Source: Clostridia bacterium
GTDB lineage: Bacteria > Bacillota > Clostridia > Christensenellales > Borkfalkiaceae
DNA: 64,000 nucleotides
Reading direction: 5' to 3'
Assembly (NCBI GenBank): GCA_017558105.1
Contig: JAFYWI010000002.1
Coordinates: 2,152-66,151, forward strand
The notes under the pieces: generated by a model
Told to the model about the DNA's origin: nothing
What the model saw: the letters and a program-made list of their open reading frames with translations, nothing else
Database searches by the model: none
Position numbers and translations under genes: made by a program
Shown: positions 38,382 to 48,151 of the stretch, in pieces
Layout: the number at the start of each line of letters is the position of its first letter
Position numbering within the stretch: position 1 is the first letter of the stretch

Positions 38382-39242
38382 ATGAGATTTTTAATGATTG
38401 GCGCACATCAAGACGATGCTGAATTTGAATGTGGCGGAACTGCCACCCTACTTGCTAAAAACGGACACCAAGTTAGGTTTTTATCTTGCTGTAACGGTTG
38501 TGGTGGCCACCATATTAACACTAAAGAAGAAATTAGTGCAAGAAGATGGGAAGAAAGTAAAAAGGTTGCTAAACTTTTAGGTATTGAATACGACGTTTGG
38601 CACGACGTTGACGACTGTTCTATTATGCCAGATTTAGAAACTAGAAGAAGAATGATTAACTATATTAGAGAATATAAACCAGACGTTATTATTACCCACA
38701 GAACTAACGACTACCACGCAGACCACAGAAACGTTGGTATTTTAGTTCAAGATGCTTCTTACGTTTTAATAGTTCCACACGAATGCCCAGAAACTACTGC
38801 ATTAAAAGAAATGCCAGTTATCTTATTTATGGACGACCCTTTCACTAACCCTCTGTTAATACCAGAAATTATTGTTCCTATAGACAGCGTTATAGAAACT
38901 AAACTTCAAATTTCTGCAATAAACGAATCTCAAGTATTTGAATGGTTACCTTATACTTATAACGAACCTGCACCAGACAAAAATAACCCAGAAGACGTAT
39001 TTAAAATTTTACGTGGTTTTGAAATTACCGAAAAAACTACCGATAAAGAAATTTTAAACACTCCGTTTAAGCGCGCTTACGCTGTTAAATATGCAAAAGT
39101 TGCCGCTAAACACAGAAAGTTCTTAATTAAATCCTACGGTAAATTAGGTAAAAAAGTTAGGTATGCAGAAGTATTCGGTTGTAGCGAATATGGTACGCCA
39201 ATTACCGAAGAAGTTAGAAAAATTTTAACTAACTTAAAATAA
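38382..39242 (+). CDS. PIG-L/LmbE-family N-acetylglucosaminyl deacetylase
   Basis: MRFLMIGAHQDDAEFECGGT...THRTNDYHADH. RBS aaggag precedes ATG 38382. Confidence 0.8.
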   Translation: MRFLMIGAHQDDAEFECGGTATLLAKNGHQVRFLSCCNGCGGHHINTKEEISARRWEESKKVAKLLGIEYDVWHDVDDCSIMPDLETRRRMINYIREYKPDVIITHRTNDYHADHRNVGILVQDASYVLIVPHECPETTALKEMPVILFMDDPFTNPLLIPEIIVPIDSVIETKLQISAINESQVFEWLPYTYNEPAPDKNNPEDVFKILRGFEITEKTTDKEILNTPFKRAYAVKYAKVAAKHRKFLIKSYGKLGKKVRYAEVFGCSEYGTPITEEVRKILTNLK

Positions 39243-39264
39243 ATTTTAACTTATAAACAAAATT

Positions 39265-39296
39265 AAAAGAACACCGAATTCGGTGTTCTTTTTTTA
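39265..39296. terminator. Bidirectional terminator
   Basis: agaacaccg-aatt-cggtgttct with A and T runs on both sides. Confidence 0.8.
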
Positions 39297-39310
39297 TTGT
39301 GTTTTTTATA

Positions 39311-40804
39311 TTATTCTTCAAATTTAACTGCTTCTTCGTAAACTTTTTCTGCTTTAGAATTGTCTGCCTTATCTAATAAAGAGCCAACTATACAAGCAAC
39401 CATACCAACTATAAAGCCTGGTAATAATTCGTATAACCCTGTTGTGTTAGATAAGAATATAATCCATAAAACTACCGTTAATCCACCTGCAACCATACCA
39501 GCAACAGCGCCTTTATAGGTAAATTTCTTCCAATATAATGAAAGTATTATAACCGGACCAAACGCAGCGCCAAAGCCTGCCCAAGCATTTTCTACAAGGC
39601 TCATAATATTGCCAGAGCCTGGTATTATTGCAATAATAAACGCTATTATTGAAATTACAACTACTACTGCCCTACCAACCCAAAGTGTTTCTTTTTCGGT
39701 TGCGTTCTTTCTAATAATCGGCTTATAAATATCGCAAGTGAAGGCACTAGACGCAACTAATAATTGGCTATCTGCCGTGCTCATTGCGGCAGCAAGTATT
39801 GCTGAAAGGAATATGCCAGAAATAAACGCAGGGAAAATTATTCTAACCATGTTTATAAATACCATTTCGCTATTACCACTAACAAGTTCTGGGAAAACGA
39901 AACGGCCAACCACACCAATAAGTGCTGCCATAGCAAGTGTAATAACTACCCAAACGGTTGCTACTCTGCGAGAAGTTTTAATCATTTTACTAGATTTTAT
40001 TGACATAAATCTTACTAAAATGTGTGGCATACCCATATAGCCCAAGCCCCAAGCAAGACCAGAAAGAATTGAACTAATACTTTCCCAGTCTAACTTGCCA
40101 CTAGGAAGTAAATTAAAGTAGTTTGGAGAATTGCTTAATATTGCATTAATATCAAACGCACCACTGCCGTTAATTCCGTTAACTGCAACGAAAATTGGAA
40201 CGAACACTATTGCGCCTAACATTAGTAAAGATTGAAAAAAGTCTGTCCAACAAACTGCGTTAAACCCACCCATAAATGTATAGGCAAGCATAATTACACC
40301 AAAAATTACCATTGCCAAAGCATTACTTTCTATTTGTAATACACTTTGGAAAAGGGCTGCACCAGCCTTAAAACCACTTGCTACGTAAACGGTAAAGCAT
40401 ACGAAGAAAATTACTGCAGAAATAACTTGCAACGCTTTGCCAGATGCTTTAAATCTATTATTTAAATATTGTGGAATAGTTATAGAATCTCCTGCAGATT
40501 GAGAAAATTTTCTTAATCTTCCAGCAACTACTAGCCAGTTAAAATAAGTGCCTAATGCTAAACCAATAGCAATCCACACTTCTCCAAAACCTATTGCTAA
40601 AATAGAACCTGGTAAGCCCATTAAAAGCCAACCGCTCATATCGGAAGCCTGTGCAGACATTGCCGTTACGAAAGGCCCCATTTTTCTTTCGCCTAAAAAG
40701 TATTCTTTTTCGTTATTAGACTTGCTTTTTACCATAAAATATATGCCTATGCCAAGCATAGCAACAAAATAAACGATAAACGCAAGTAATTCTCCTATTC
40801 TCAT
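39311..40804 (-). CDS. putP: Sodium:solute symporter, PutP-like (sodium/proline symporter family)
   Basis: YFLGERKMGPFVTAMSAQASDMSGWLLMGLPG closely matches the PutP signature. ATG 40804 has GGAG 9 nt upstream and is preferred to the TTG at 40819. Confidence 0.8.
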   Translation of the reverse strand: MRIGELLAFIVYFVAMLGIGIYFMVKSKSNNEKEYFLGERKMGPFVTAMSAQASDMSGWLLMGLPGSILAIGFGEVWIAIGLALGTYFNWLVVAGRLRKFSQSAGDSITIPQYLNNRFKASGKALQVISAVIFFVCFTVYVASGFKAGAALFQSVLQIESNALAMVIFGVIMLAYTFMGGFNAVCWTDFFQSLLMLGAIVFVPIFVAVNGINGSGAFDINAILSNSPNYFNLLPSGKLDWESISSILSGLAWGLGYMGMPHILVRFMSIKSSKMIKTSRRVATVWVVITLAMAALIGVVGRFVFPELVSGNSEMVFINMVRIIFPAFISGIFLSAILAAAMSTADSQLLVASSAFTCDIYKPIIRKNATEKETLWVGRAVVVVISIIAFIIAIIPGSGNIMSLVENAWAGFGAAFGPVIILSLYWKKFTYKGAVAGMVAGGLTVVLWIIFLSNTTGLYELLPGFIVGMVACIVGSLLDKADNSKAEKVYEEAVKFEE

Positions 40805-40883
40805 ATCTTTCATCTCCAATTAAATTACCAAAACATTTTAGCAAATTTTGTATTATAAATCAAGCATATTCGCAACTAATTAT

Positions 40884-40914
40884 AAAAAGAACGCTTGTGC
40901 AAGCGTTCTTTTTG
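40884..40914 (-). terminator. Terminator after the isomerase gene
   Basis: gaacgctt-gtgc-aagcgttc with a T run on the minus strand. Confidence 0.7.
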
Positions 40915-40974
40915 ATTGTTTTTGTTGTTAAACTTCTACCCAATCGCCTAATTTAGACATAGATTCTATAACTT

Positions 40975-41811
40975 TTATTTTTTCTCTTTGAATACTTTTT
41001 TGTTTAAATAATCTACGGCTTTTTTAAGGTCGTTTAATTGTTTTTCTCCTTCTATTTCCCTTTCAATAATAATTGGGCCGTTAAAACCTACTTTTTCTAA
41101 TTCCTTAAACACTCTTTTAAAGTCTACGTAGCCTTCGCCGATAGCCGTTTCTTTACCTAATTCGTAAGGGTTTGTTGGTGGAACGCTGTCTTTAACGTGC
41201 ATACTTTTAATATATTTGTTTAAAGTAGGAACGGCTTCTATTGGGTTGCCGTAGCCATACATTATTATATTAGCAGTATCTAAGTTAACGAAAATATTAC
41301 CTAAGCCGATTTCTTCTATTAAACGTAGCATTGTAATAGGGCTTTCGCCACCCGTTTCTAATAAAACGTTAACGCCAATTTCTTTGCAATATAAAGCAAA
41401 GTTTTTAACGCATTTTTTCATATAAAGGTATTCTTTACTAAAAGGGTTGTTTGCAACGAACCCTGCGTGAATCAACACGTCTAAAACGCCCATTTCTTTA
41501 GCAAAACTTGCAGCACTTTTAATATATTTTAACCTTGCTTTGCCATATTTTTTACTATTTATGCCGGCATCTTTATAGTCGCCGTAAATATCCCATTTAG
41601 TAAGATTGTCGTAAAAACCTGCAAAAAGCGCAACTACTTTAACACCTACCTTTTCGGCTGCTTGTTTAATAACTAGTGCATCTTCTTTGCAATAGGTTTT
41701 TGGCTTAAAAACTAATTGGCAAAAACTAAACCCCAATTCTTTTAGTTTGGTAAAAGATTGTTCTGCCATTTCTACCTTTTTTAAGCGAACTAAAGTTCCA
41801 AATTCTTTCAT
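40975..41811 (-). CDS. Xylose-isomerase-like TIM-barrel sugar phosphate isomerase/epimerase
   Basis: 278 aa with an AP-endonuclease-2/TIM-barrel pattern (VLIHAGF, LLETGGES, NLDTANI, HVKD). Confidence 0.7.
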   Translation of the reverse strand: MKEFGTLVRLKKVEMAEQSFTKLKELGFSFCQLVFKPKTYCKEDALVIKQAAEKVGVKVVALFAGFYDNLTKWDIYGDYKDAGINSKKYGKARLKYIKSAASFAKEMGVLDVLIHAGFVANNPFSKEYLYMKKCVKNFALYCKEIGVNVLLETGGESPITMLRLIEEIGLGNIFVNLDTANIIMYGYGNPIEAVPTLNKYIKSMHVKDSVPPTNPYELGKETAIGEGYVDFKRVFKELEKVGFNGPIIIEREIEGEKQLNDLKKAVDYLNKKVFKEKK

Positions 41812-41822
41812 TTTTTACCAAA

Positions 41823-42881
41823 TTATAATTTTACAACGGTGTTCTTTTCGGCAGATTCAAACGCTGCCATTAGAACTTGCATATCTTTTCTAATTTGTTC
41901 GTGAGTAACTATTTGCGTAGCCTTACCGTCTAAAACTTTTATAACGTTTTCGTAATATTCTTCCCAACGTGGTAATTCTTCTGGAATAGGTAGTGGCAAT
42001 TCTTCTAAGTCGTGCTCTGCCCTTGGCCACATTGTTGTAGATAAGCCGTTAGGAGTGTAAACGCAACCTTCTTCCCAACAGATTTTTTGGTTTTTAGCAC
42101 GAATAATTTTACCTTCTTTGCCAAACCATTTGTATATTATGGCAGAGCCGTCGCTACCTTCTAAATGCCACCTTGCTTCGCTAACATAGCACCATAAATC
42201 TGCAATAACTTGGGCTCTAACACCACTAGCAAATTCTATAACTACACGGCAAACGTCGTCGACGTTTAGCATACGAACTTTTTGTAGTTCTGCATATACT
42301 GAAACGGGTTTATCATTTTCAAATAGGCATAACACTTGGTCTATCATATGAATACCCCAGTCGTATAAAAGTCCACCACCCGTTTCGTATAAACTTTTCC
42401 AACTTGCGTCTGAAAAACCCCTATTACCATATAAACGAGAGTTTAAGTAGAAGTTTTTACCAAGTAAATTTTGGTTTACAATATTTTTCATTATGGCAAA
42501 GTCTGTGTCGAACCTACGGTTTTGGTGCACTGTATAAAGTTTGCCCGTTCTATTAGAAACGGCAATAACTTCTTCTAATTCTTCTAAATTTAAGCAAGCA
42601 GGTTTTTCGCAAACTACGTTTTTGCCTTTTTCCATTGCAGTAATACAATGGTCTTTATGGAAGATATTAGGCGTAGCAACCAAAATTAAGTCTACTTCGC
42701 TATTAAAAAATTCTTCTTCCGTTTCGTAAACCTTAAAACCATCTTGTTTAGCAAGTTCTCTTCTTTGTTCGTTTATATCGTAAACTGCACCAATTTCTAA
42801 CCCGTTAATTCTTTCCGTAACGTTTTTGCAGTGCCAAGAACCCATAGTGCCGTAGCCAATAACTCCTAATTTGTATGCCAT
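41823..42881 (-). CDS. Gfo/Idh/MocA-family NAD(P)-dependent oxidoreductase
   Basis: YKLGVIGYGTMG Rossmann N-terminus and EKPACLN motif. Confidence 0.85.
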   Translation of the reverse strand: MAYKLGVIGYGTMGSWHCKNVTERINGLEIGAVYDINEQRRELAKQDGFKVYETEEEFFNSEVDLILVATPNIFHKDHCITAMEKGKNVVCEKPACLNLEELEEVIAVSNRTGKLYTVHQNRRFDTDFAIMKNIVNQNLLGKNFYLNSRLYGNRGFSDASWKSLYETGGGLLYDWGIHMIDQVLCLFENDKPVSVYAELQKVRMLNVDDVCRVVIEFASGVRAQVIADLWCYVSEARWHLEGSDGSAIIYKWFGKEGKIIRAKNQKICWEEGCVYTPNGLSTTMWPRAEHDLEELPLPIPEELPRWEEYYENVIKVLDGKATQIVTHEQIRKDMQVLMAAFESAEKNTVVKL

Positions 42882-43106
42882 AATAATTCTCCTTACATTA
42901 TTAATATTGTTCGTTTATTAAACTTTATTTTTTAGTTTATAGTTATATTATACTTTTTGTTGTAGCAAATTTCAATAGATATTAAAAAAAATATATACGA
43001 ATATTCTTTCAAAAAGATACTCATTTTTACGATTTTTTTTATAAAAGTAAAAAATCGCTAGTTTTTTCATTTGTCGTTTTAATATTTCTTATGATATAAT
43101 TGAGTT

Positions 43107-43958
43107 ATGAAATACGATTTTGTTATTAACCACAACTTTGTTAGAAACCCCTTAGAGTTAGAAAAATTAAACCTTTTACAACTTGGCAGAGTGTTTTGTA
43201 ACGAAACTTTTTATTGCGATAACCACTACCACGTTAATTGGTACGAACTAACTATTGTTACCGATGGCGAAGGTGTAATTTACGCTAACGATATTCCTAC
43301 CAAAATTAAAAAGGGTGATATTTATTTTTCTACCACCTTTGAAAACCATAAAATAGAAACTTCTAAAGAAAAACCCTTAAAATACGACTTTTTTTCTTTC
43401 TACCCTACCGATAAAAAGTTGGCAGAGCAATTACAAAAGTTTTCTAATGCCAACAACATTACTTCAAGGGTATTTTCTAGCGAAAGAATAACCTTTTTGG
43501 TCAGCACGGCTCTGCACGAATTAACAAGGGAAAAAGACGGGTTTACCCTAATCACCATAAACGCAATTTGTTTGCAAATTTTGGTATATTTAATTAGGGC
43601 TCTAAACAAGGTTAAAACTGAAAGCACTAACCCAAGCGACAAGGAAGTTTTGTGTTTTCAAATTATGGAATATATTACGAGCAATATATATAATATAGGA
43701 AAAATAAGCGAAATTTCTAATAATTTTGGGTATTCTTATAATCACTTATCTTACTTATTTAAGAAAACTACGGGGAACACTATTATAGAATTTTATAACC
43801 AAACAAGGCTAAATTTAAGCAAAGCCTTAATAGAAGAAGAAAACCTTTCTTTAAGCAAAATTGCTAAAAAACTTAACTTTTCTACCGTTTATTCGTTTAG
43901 CAATTCCTTTAAAAAACACTTTGGCGTTTCGCCACTAACCTACAAAAAAAGTTTGTAA
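43107..43958 (+). CDS. AraC-family transcriptional regulator
   Basis: Cupin-like N-terminus and C-terminal HTH region ISEISNNFGYSYNHLSYLFKK...FSTVYSFSNSFKKHFGVSP. Divergent from the oxidoreductase operon. Confidence 0.8.
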   Translation: MKYDFVINHNFVRNPLELEKLNLLQLGRVFCNETFYCDNHYHVNWYELTIVTDGEGVIYANDIPTKIKKGDIYFSTTFENHKIETSKEKPLKYDFFSFYPTDKKLAEQLQKFSNANNITSRVFSSERITFLVSTALHELTREKDGFTLITINAICLQILVYLIRALNKVKTESTNPSDKEVLCFQIMEYITSNIYNIGKISEISNNFGYSYNHLSYLFKKTTGNTIIEFYNQTRLNLSKALIEEENLSLSKIAKKLNFSTVYSFSNSFKKHFGVSPLTYKKSL

Positions 43959-44083
43959 AATAAAACGAAAAGGATGTTAAAAATAACGTGAACCCAATTA
44001 AAAGCGCCAAAACAATTTGGTGCTTTTAATTTAATAAGAATACGAGCAGTATTTTATTAATACAATGTTATAAGGGGATTAAA

Positions 44084-44608
44084 ATGAAAAAGAATATTTG
44101 GTTATGGCAATTAGGTGGTATAACTTTCGTAAGCGTATTAGGTAGTATTTTGCATTTTTTATACGGGTGGACTAATAACAACAAAATTGTGGCGTTGTTT
44201 TCTAGCGTTAACGAAAGCACTTGGGAACATATGAAATTGCTATTTTTCCCTGCACTAATTTATGCAATTTTTCAAAGTTTTTTTAGTAAAAAAGAGTTTA
44301 ATTCTTTTTGGTGCGTTAAGTTAATAGGTACTTCTTTAGGGCTAATTTTAATACCAACTTTTTTCTATACTTCAACCGGAATTTTTGGCACTTTACCTGG
44401 GTGGCTTAACGTTATAATTTTCTTTGTTTCGGTTGTTTTAGGGTTTTATTACGAAACTTTTTTGTTTAATAAAAACTATAAAACTAACTGCCAAAAAATT
44501 TGCATAATTTTATTTATTATAATTGCAATTTTGTTTTTTATTTTTACATATTTTCCACCTAAAATTCCACTTTTTTTAGACCCCGTTTTTAACATTTACG
44601 GAGCATAA
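44084..44608 (+). CDS. Small polytopic membrane protein of unknown function (DUF6512-like)
   Basis: 174 aa with 5 TM helices and an NESTWEHMKLLFFP motif. Confidence 0.5.
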   Translation: MKKNIWLWQLGGITFVSVLGSILHFLYGWTNNNKIVALFSSVNESTWEHMKLLFFPALIYAIFQSFFSKKEFNSFWCVKLIGTSLGLILIPTFFYTSTGIFGTLPGWLNVIIFFVSVVLGFYYETFLFNKNYKTNCQKICIILFIIIAILFFIFTYFPPKIPLFLDPVFNIYGA

Positions 44609-44653
44609 ACAACAACCAGTTATTTACATTTTAATCTTTTATTAAAATAGAAC

Positions 44654-44686
44654 AAGGCTTAAGACTTCACCTTAAGCCTTTTAGTT
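44654..44686 (+). terminator. Rho-independent terminator
   Basis: aaggcttaag-N7-cttaagcctt followed by a T-rich tract. Confidence 0.65.
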
Positions 44687-44733
44687 TGTTTAATATTTTT
44701 TCAAAACTAACCTTTTATCTTTTTTAACAAATT

Positions 44734-44779
44734 GTGTTAATAATTAACACTTTTTTGTTAAAATGTTAAAAATTAACAT
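44734..44779. promoter_or_regulatory. Two related palindromic operator-like sites (TGTTAA-N3-TTAACA)
   Basis: gtgttaat-a-attaacac at 44734-44750 is a perfect 8-1-8 palindrome. atgttaa-aaa-ttaacat at 44763-44779 is a perfect 7-3-7 palindrome. Their centres are 29 nt apart. Confidence 0.5.
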
Positions 44780-44819
44780 AAAATTTTAATATAAACACGC
44801 TAAAATGTTTTGTAATAAT

Positions 44820-44848
44820 TTGATTATTTTGTCTTTTTGTGCTAAAAT
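44820..44848 (+). promoter_or_regulatory. Candidate sigma-A promoter of the hdr/flx/frd operon
   Basis: TTGATT, 17 nt, TAAAAT, with a TGc extended -10. Confidence 0.35.
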
Positions 44849-44973
44849 ATTTTTGCAAGTATATATAATGATTAATTATAGCCAACTTGCTTTTAACAAA
44901 AAAAGAAAAAACTTAGGCACAATTAATACTTTTTTCTTAAAAGATAAATAGTTTAAACAAAAGGACAGACATT

Positions 44974-45762
44974 ATGAAAATGAGTTATTTTCCTGGTTGC
45001 ACCTTAAAAAACAAAGCAACCGACTTAGACGTGTATGCAAGGCTTTCAGCAGAAGCGCTTGACATTATGCTTGAAGAAATTGAAAATTGGCAATGTTGCG
45101 GTGGCATGTTCACCAGTTCTAACGATGAAGTTGCAACCAAACTATCTTCCGTAAGAGTTTTAAACTCTGCATTTAAGAAAGGGCAAGATTTGGTTACCGT
45201 TTGTTCTGCTTGCCACAACGTTGTTAAACAAACTAATAACGCTATGCAAACCGATAGTGAATTCGCTTCTAAGGTTAACAACTATATGGGCGAAGATAAA
45301 TACGAAGGTCAAACCAAAATTTACCATTACTTAGAAATGCTACGCGACGTTGTTGGTTTTGAAAAAATTAAAGAAAAAGTAGTTAACCCACTAAAAGGCA
45401 AAAAAATTGGTGCTTACTACGGGTGCTTATTACTTCGCCCAAGCAAAGTAATGGCTATGGATAACCCAGAAAACCCAACCATTTTAGAAGACTTTATTCG
45501 TGCAATTGGGGCAGAACCAGTTATTTATGCTCAACGCAACGAATGTTGTGGTGGCTACGTTACTTTAGAAAGTCCTAACAGCGCTAAAAAACAAAGCAAC
45601 CGAGTTTTAGAAAATGCTAAGGCAAACGGCGCAGAATTAATTATTACTGCCTGCCCACTTTGTTTATATAACTTAAAAAAGAGTGGCGCTAATATTCCTG
45701 TAGTTTACTTTACGGAATTACTTGCCGAAGCCTTAGGATTAAAGGAGCAAACAAATGACTAA
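44974..45762 (+). CDS. hdrB: Heterodisulfide reductase subunit B-like protein (two CCG domains)
   Basis: 262 aa with FPGC...WQCCGG...CSACHN and YYGC...NECCGGY...CPLCLYN. Confidence 0.85.
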   Translation: MKMSYFPGCTLKNKATDLDVYARLSAEALDIMLEEIENWQCCGGMFTSSNDEVATKLSSVRVLNSAFKKGQDLVTVCSACHNVVKQTNNAMQTDSEFASKVNNYMGEDKYEGQTKIYHYLEMLRDVVGFEKIKEKVVNPLKGKKIGAYYGCLLLRPSKVMAMDNPENPTILEDFIRAIGAEPVIYAQRNECCGGYVTLESPNSAKKQSNRVLENAKANGAELIITACPLCLYNLKKSGANIPVVYFTELLAEALGLKEQTND

Positions 45763-46141
45763 TAAATATTCAGTAGAAGAAATTATTAAAAGAAGTGGTG
45801 CAAACCCACTTAAATGTATGAAATGTGGTAAATGCTCTGCAACCTGCCCTGCTTACGATGAAATGGAATATCACCCACACCAATTCGTTAGCATGATTGC
45901 AGACGGAGATATTGAAGCATTAGTTAAATCTGATTCAATTTACAGATGCCTTTCTTGTTTTGCTTGCGTTGAAAGATGCCCAAGGGGTGTTGAACCTGCA
46001 AAACTTATTGAAGCGTTAAAGTTAGAAGTTATTCGCAAGAAAGGGCAAAATTATCTTACACCAAACGATATCCCTAATATGCTTAACGAAGACCTTCCTC
46101 AACAAGCAATAGTTAGCGCATTTAGAAAATACACGAAATAG
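45755..46141 (+). CDS. hdrC: Heterodisulfide reductase subunit C-like 2x[4Fe-4S] protein
   Basis: 128 aa with CMKCGKCSATCP and CLSCFACVERCP. It overlaps hdrB by 8 nt. Confidence 0.8.
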   Translation: MTNKYSVEEIIKRSGANPLKCMKCGKCSATCPAYDEMEYHPHQFVSMIADGDIEALVKSDSIYRCLSCFACVERCPRGVEPAKLIEALKLEVIRKKGQNYLTPNDIPNMLNEDLPQQAIVSAFRKYTK

Positions 46142-46156
46142 GAGAAATTAATTAAG

Positions 46157-48151
46157 ATGCAAAGAATAGGTGTTTTTGTTTGCTGGTGTGGTAGTAATAT
46201 TGCCGGCACGGTAGACGTAAAAGCAGTTGCCGAAGCCTTAAAATTTGAGCCAGGCGTTGTTCATTCTACCGATTACCAATATATGTGTTCTCAAGCAGGA
46301 CAAAATTTAATTAAAGACGCTATTAAAGAACATAACCTAACGGGTATTGTAGTATGTTCTTGTTCACCAAGAATGCACGAAGCAACTTTCCGTAAAACAG
46401 CCCAAAGTGCTGGCATTAACCCTTATATGGTAGAAATTGCCAATATTAGGGAACAATGTTCTTGGGTACATAAAGATATGGCTATTGGTACTGAAAAGGC
46501 TATTATTTTAGGTAAGGCTGCAGTAGCAAAAGTTAACTTAAACGCACCGTTAACCCCAGGTGAATCTCCTGTAACTAAACGTGCATTAGTTATTGGTGGT
46601 GGTATTGCAGGTATTCAAACTGCATTAGATATTGCAGACGCTGGTTTTGAAGTAGATATAGTTGAAAAGAAGCCAACCATTGGTGGTAAAATGGCTCAAT
46701 TAGACAAAACCTTCCCTACCCTAGACTGCGCTGCTTGTATTCTTACACCAAAAATGGTAGACGTTGCTCAACACGAAAAAATTAGAATATTCTCTTATAG
46801 CGAAGTTGAAAGCGTTAAAGGTTTCGTTGGTAATTTTAACGTTACCATTAAAAAACACGCTAGGTACGTCAAAGAAGATTTATGTACCGGTTGTGGTGCG
46901 TGTGTAGAAAAATGCCCACAAAAGAAAGTTGCTAACGAATTCAACTTAAATATGGATAATAGGCACGCAATATATATTCCTTTTGCACAAGCAGTTCCTA
47001 AGGTTGCTACTATAGACCCAAGTGCTTGTACTATGTTAAAAACGGGTAAATGTGGCGTTTGCTCTAAAATTTGTGCTGCAGGCGCTATAGATTACACCCA
47101 AAAAGATGAATATATAGAAGAAAAATACGGCGCAATAGTTGTTGCTACCGGTTTTAACCCTATTAGTTTAGAAAAATTTGACGAATATGCTTACAGCCAA
47201 TCTAAAGACGTTATTACTTCACTTGAATTTGAAAGGTTAACTAACGCGGCAGGCCCAACTGCTGGTAAACTTCTTCGCCCATCAGACGGAAAACACCCAC
47301 ACAAAATAGTTTTCGTTCAATGCGTAGGCTCAAGATGTTCTGCCGGCGCAGAAAAGGGCAAAGAATACTGCTCTAAAATTTGCTGTATGTACACTGCTAA
47401 ACACGCAATGTTAGTTAGAGATAAATACCCAGATACTGAAGTTTACGTTTTCTATATAGACGTTAGAACTCCTGGTAAAAACTTTGATGAATTCTACCGC
47501 CGTGCCGTAGAAGAATATGGCGTTCATTACATTAAAGGTATGGTTGGTAAAGTTACCCCAGAAGGCGAAGTGTTAAAAGTACAAGGCTCTGACCTAATTA
47601 ACAATAAACAAATTAATATAGATGCAGATTTAGTTGTTTTAGCCGCTGCTATTGAACCAGATAAGAGCGCAAGGCCACTTGCAACTAAACTTACTGCTAG
47701 TATGGATACTAACGACTTCTTTACAGAAGCCCACCCTAAACTACGCCCTGTTGAAAGCCCAACTGCAGGTGTATTCCTTTCTGGTGCTTGCCAAGGCCCT
47801 AAAGATATTCCTGAAACGGTTTCTCAAGCAGGTGCTGCCGCAGCCAAAGTAATTGGCTTGTTGGCTAAAGATAAACTTCTTGGTAACCCTTGCGTTGCAA
47901 GGAGCAACGAACTTTTATGTAACGGTTGTTCTAACTGCGAAAAAGTTTGTCCTTACGGCGCTATTACTTATATTGATAAAGACTTTAGAATGCCAGACAG
48001 AACTACTAGAACAAGGCGCATAGCACAAGTAAACCCTGCTGTTTGCCAAGGTTGTGGTGCTTGTACCGTTACTTGCCCTTCTGGCGCTATGGACCTTAAC
48101 GGTTTCACTAACGGACAAATTATGGCGGAGGTAGACGCAATATGCAAATAA
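46157..48151 (+). CDS. hdrA: Heterodisulfide reductase subunit A-like FAD/Fe-S flavoprotein
   Basis: 664 aa with GVFVCWCGSNI, ALVIGGGIAGIQTALDIADAG, FPTLDCAACILTPKM and several CxxCxxCxxxCP clusters. Confidence 0.9.
   Translation: MQRIGVFVCWCGSNIAGTVDVKAVAEALKFEPGVVHSTDYQYMCSQAGQNLIKDAIKEHNLTGIVVCSCSPRMHEATFRKTAQSAGINPYMVEIANIREQCSWVHKDMAIGTEKAIILGKAAVAKVNLNAPLTPGESPVTKRALVIGGGIAGIQTALDIADAGFEVDIVEKKPTIGGKMAQLDKTFPTLDCAACILTPKMVDVAQHEKIRIFSYSEVESVKGFVGNFNVTIKKHARYVKEDLCTGCGACVEKCPQKKVANEFNLNMDNRHAIYIPFAQAVPKVATIDPSACTMLKTGKCGVCSKICAAGAIDYTQKDEYIEEKYGAIVVATGFNPISLEKFDEYAYSQSKDVITSLEFERLTNAAGPTAGKLLRPSDGKHPHKIVFVQCVGSRCSAGAEKGKEYCSKICCMYTAKHAMLVRDKYPDTEVYVFYIDVRTPGKNFDEFYRRAVEEYGVHYIKGMVGKVTPEGEVLKVQGSDLINNKQINIDADLVVLAAAIEPDKSARPLATKLTASMDTNDFFTEAHPKLRPVESPTAGVFLSGACQGPKDIPETVSQAGAAAAKVIGLLAKDKLLGNPCVARSNELLCNGCSNCEKVCPYGAITYIDKDFRMPDRTTRTRRIAQVNPAVCQGCGACTVTCPSGAMDLNGFTNGQIMAEVDAICK

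Noticed and set aside
44734-44779. Annotating the palindromes outright as Rex operators
   Set aside because: The half-sites match, but the spacer is 3 nt rather than the 4 nt I recall for Rex, and the sites are upstream of the best promoter candidate. They are kept as unassigned operator-like sites.
46157-48151. Selenocysteine recoding or an in-frame stop in HdrA
   Set aside because: The ORF is uninterrupted and Cys occupies the expected cluster positions.
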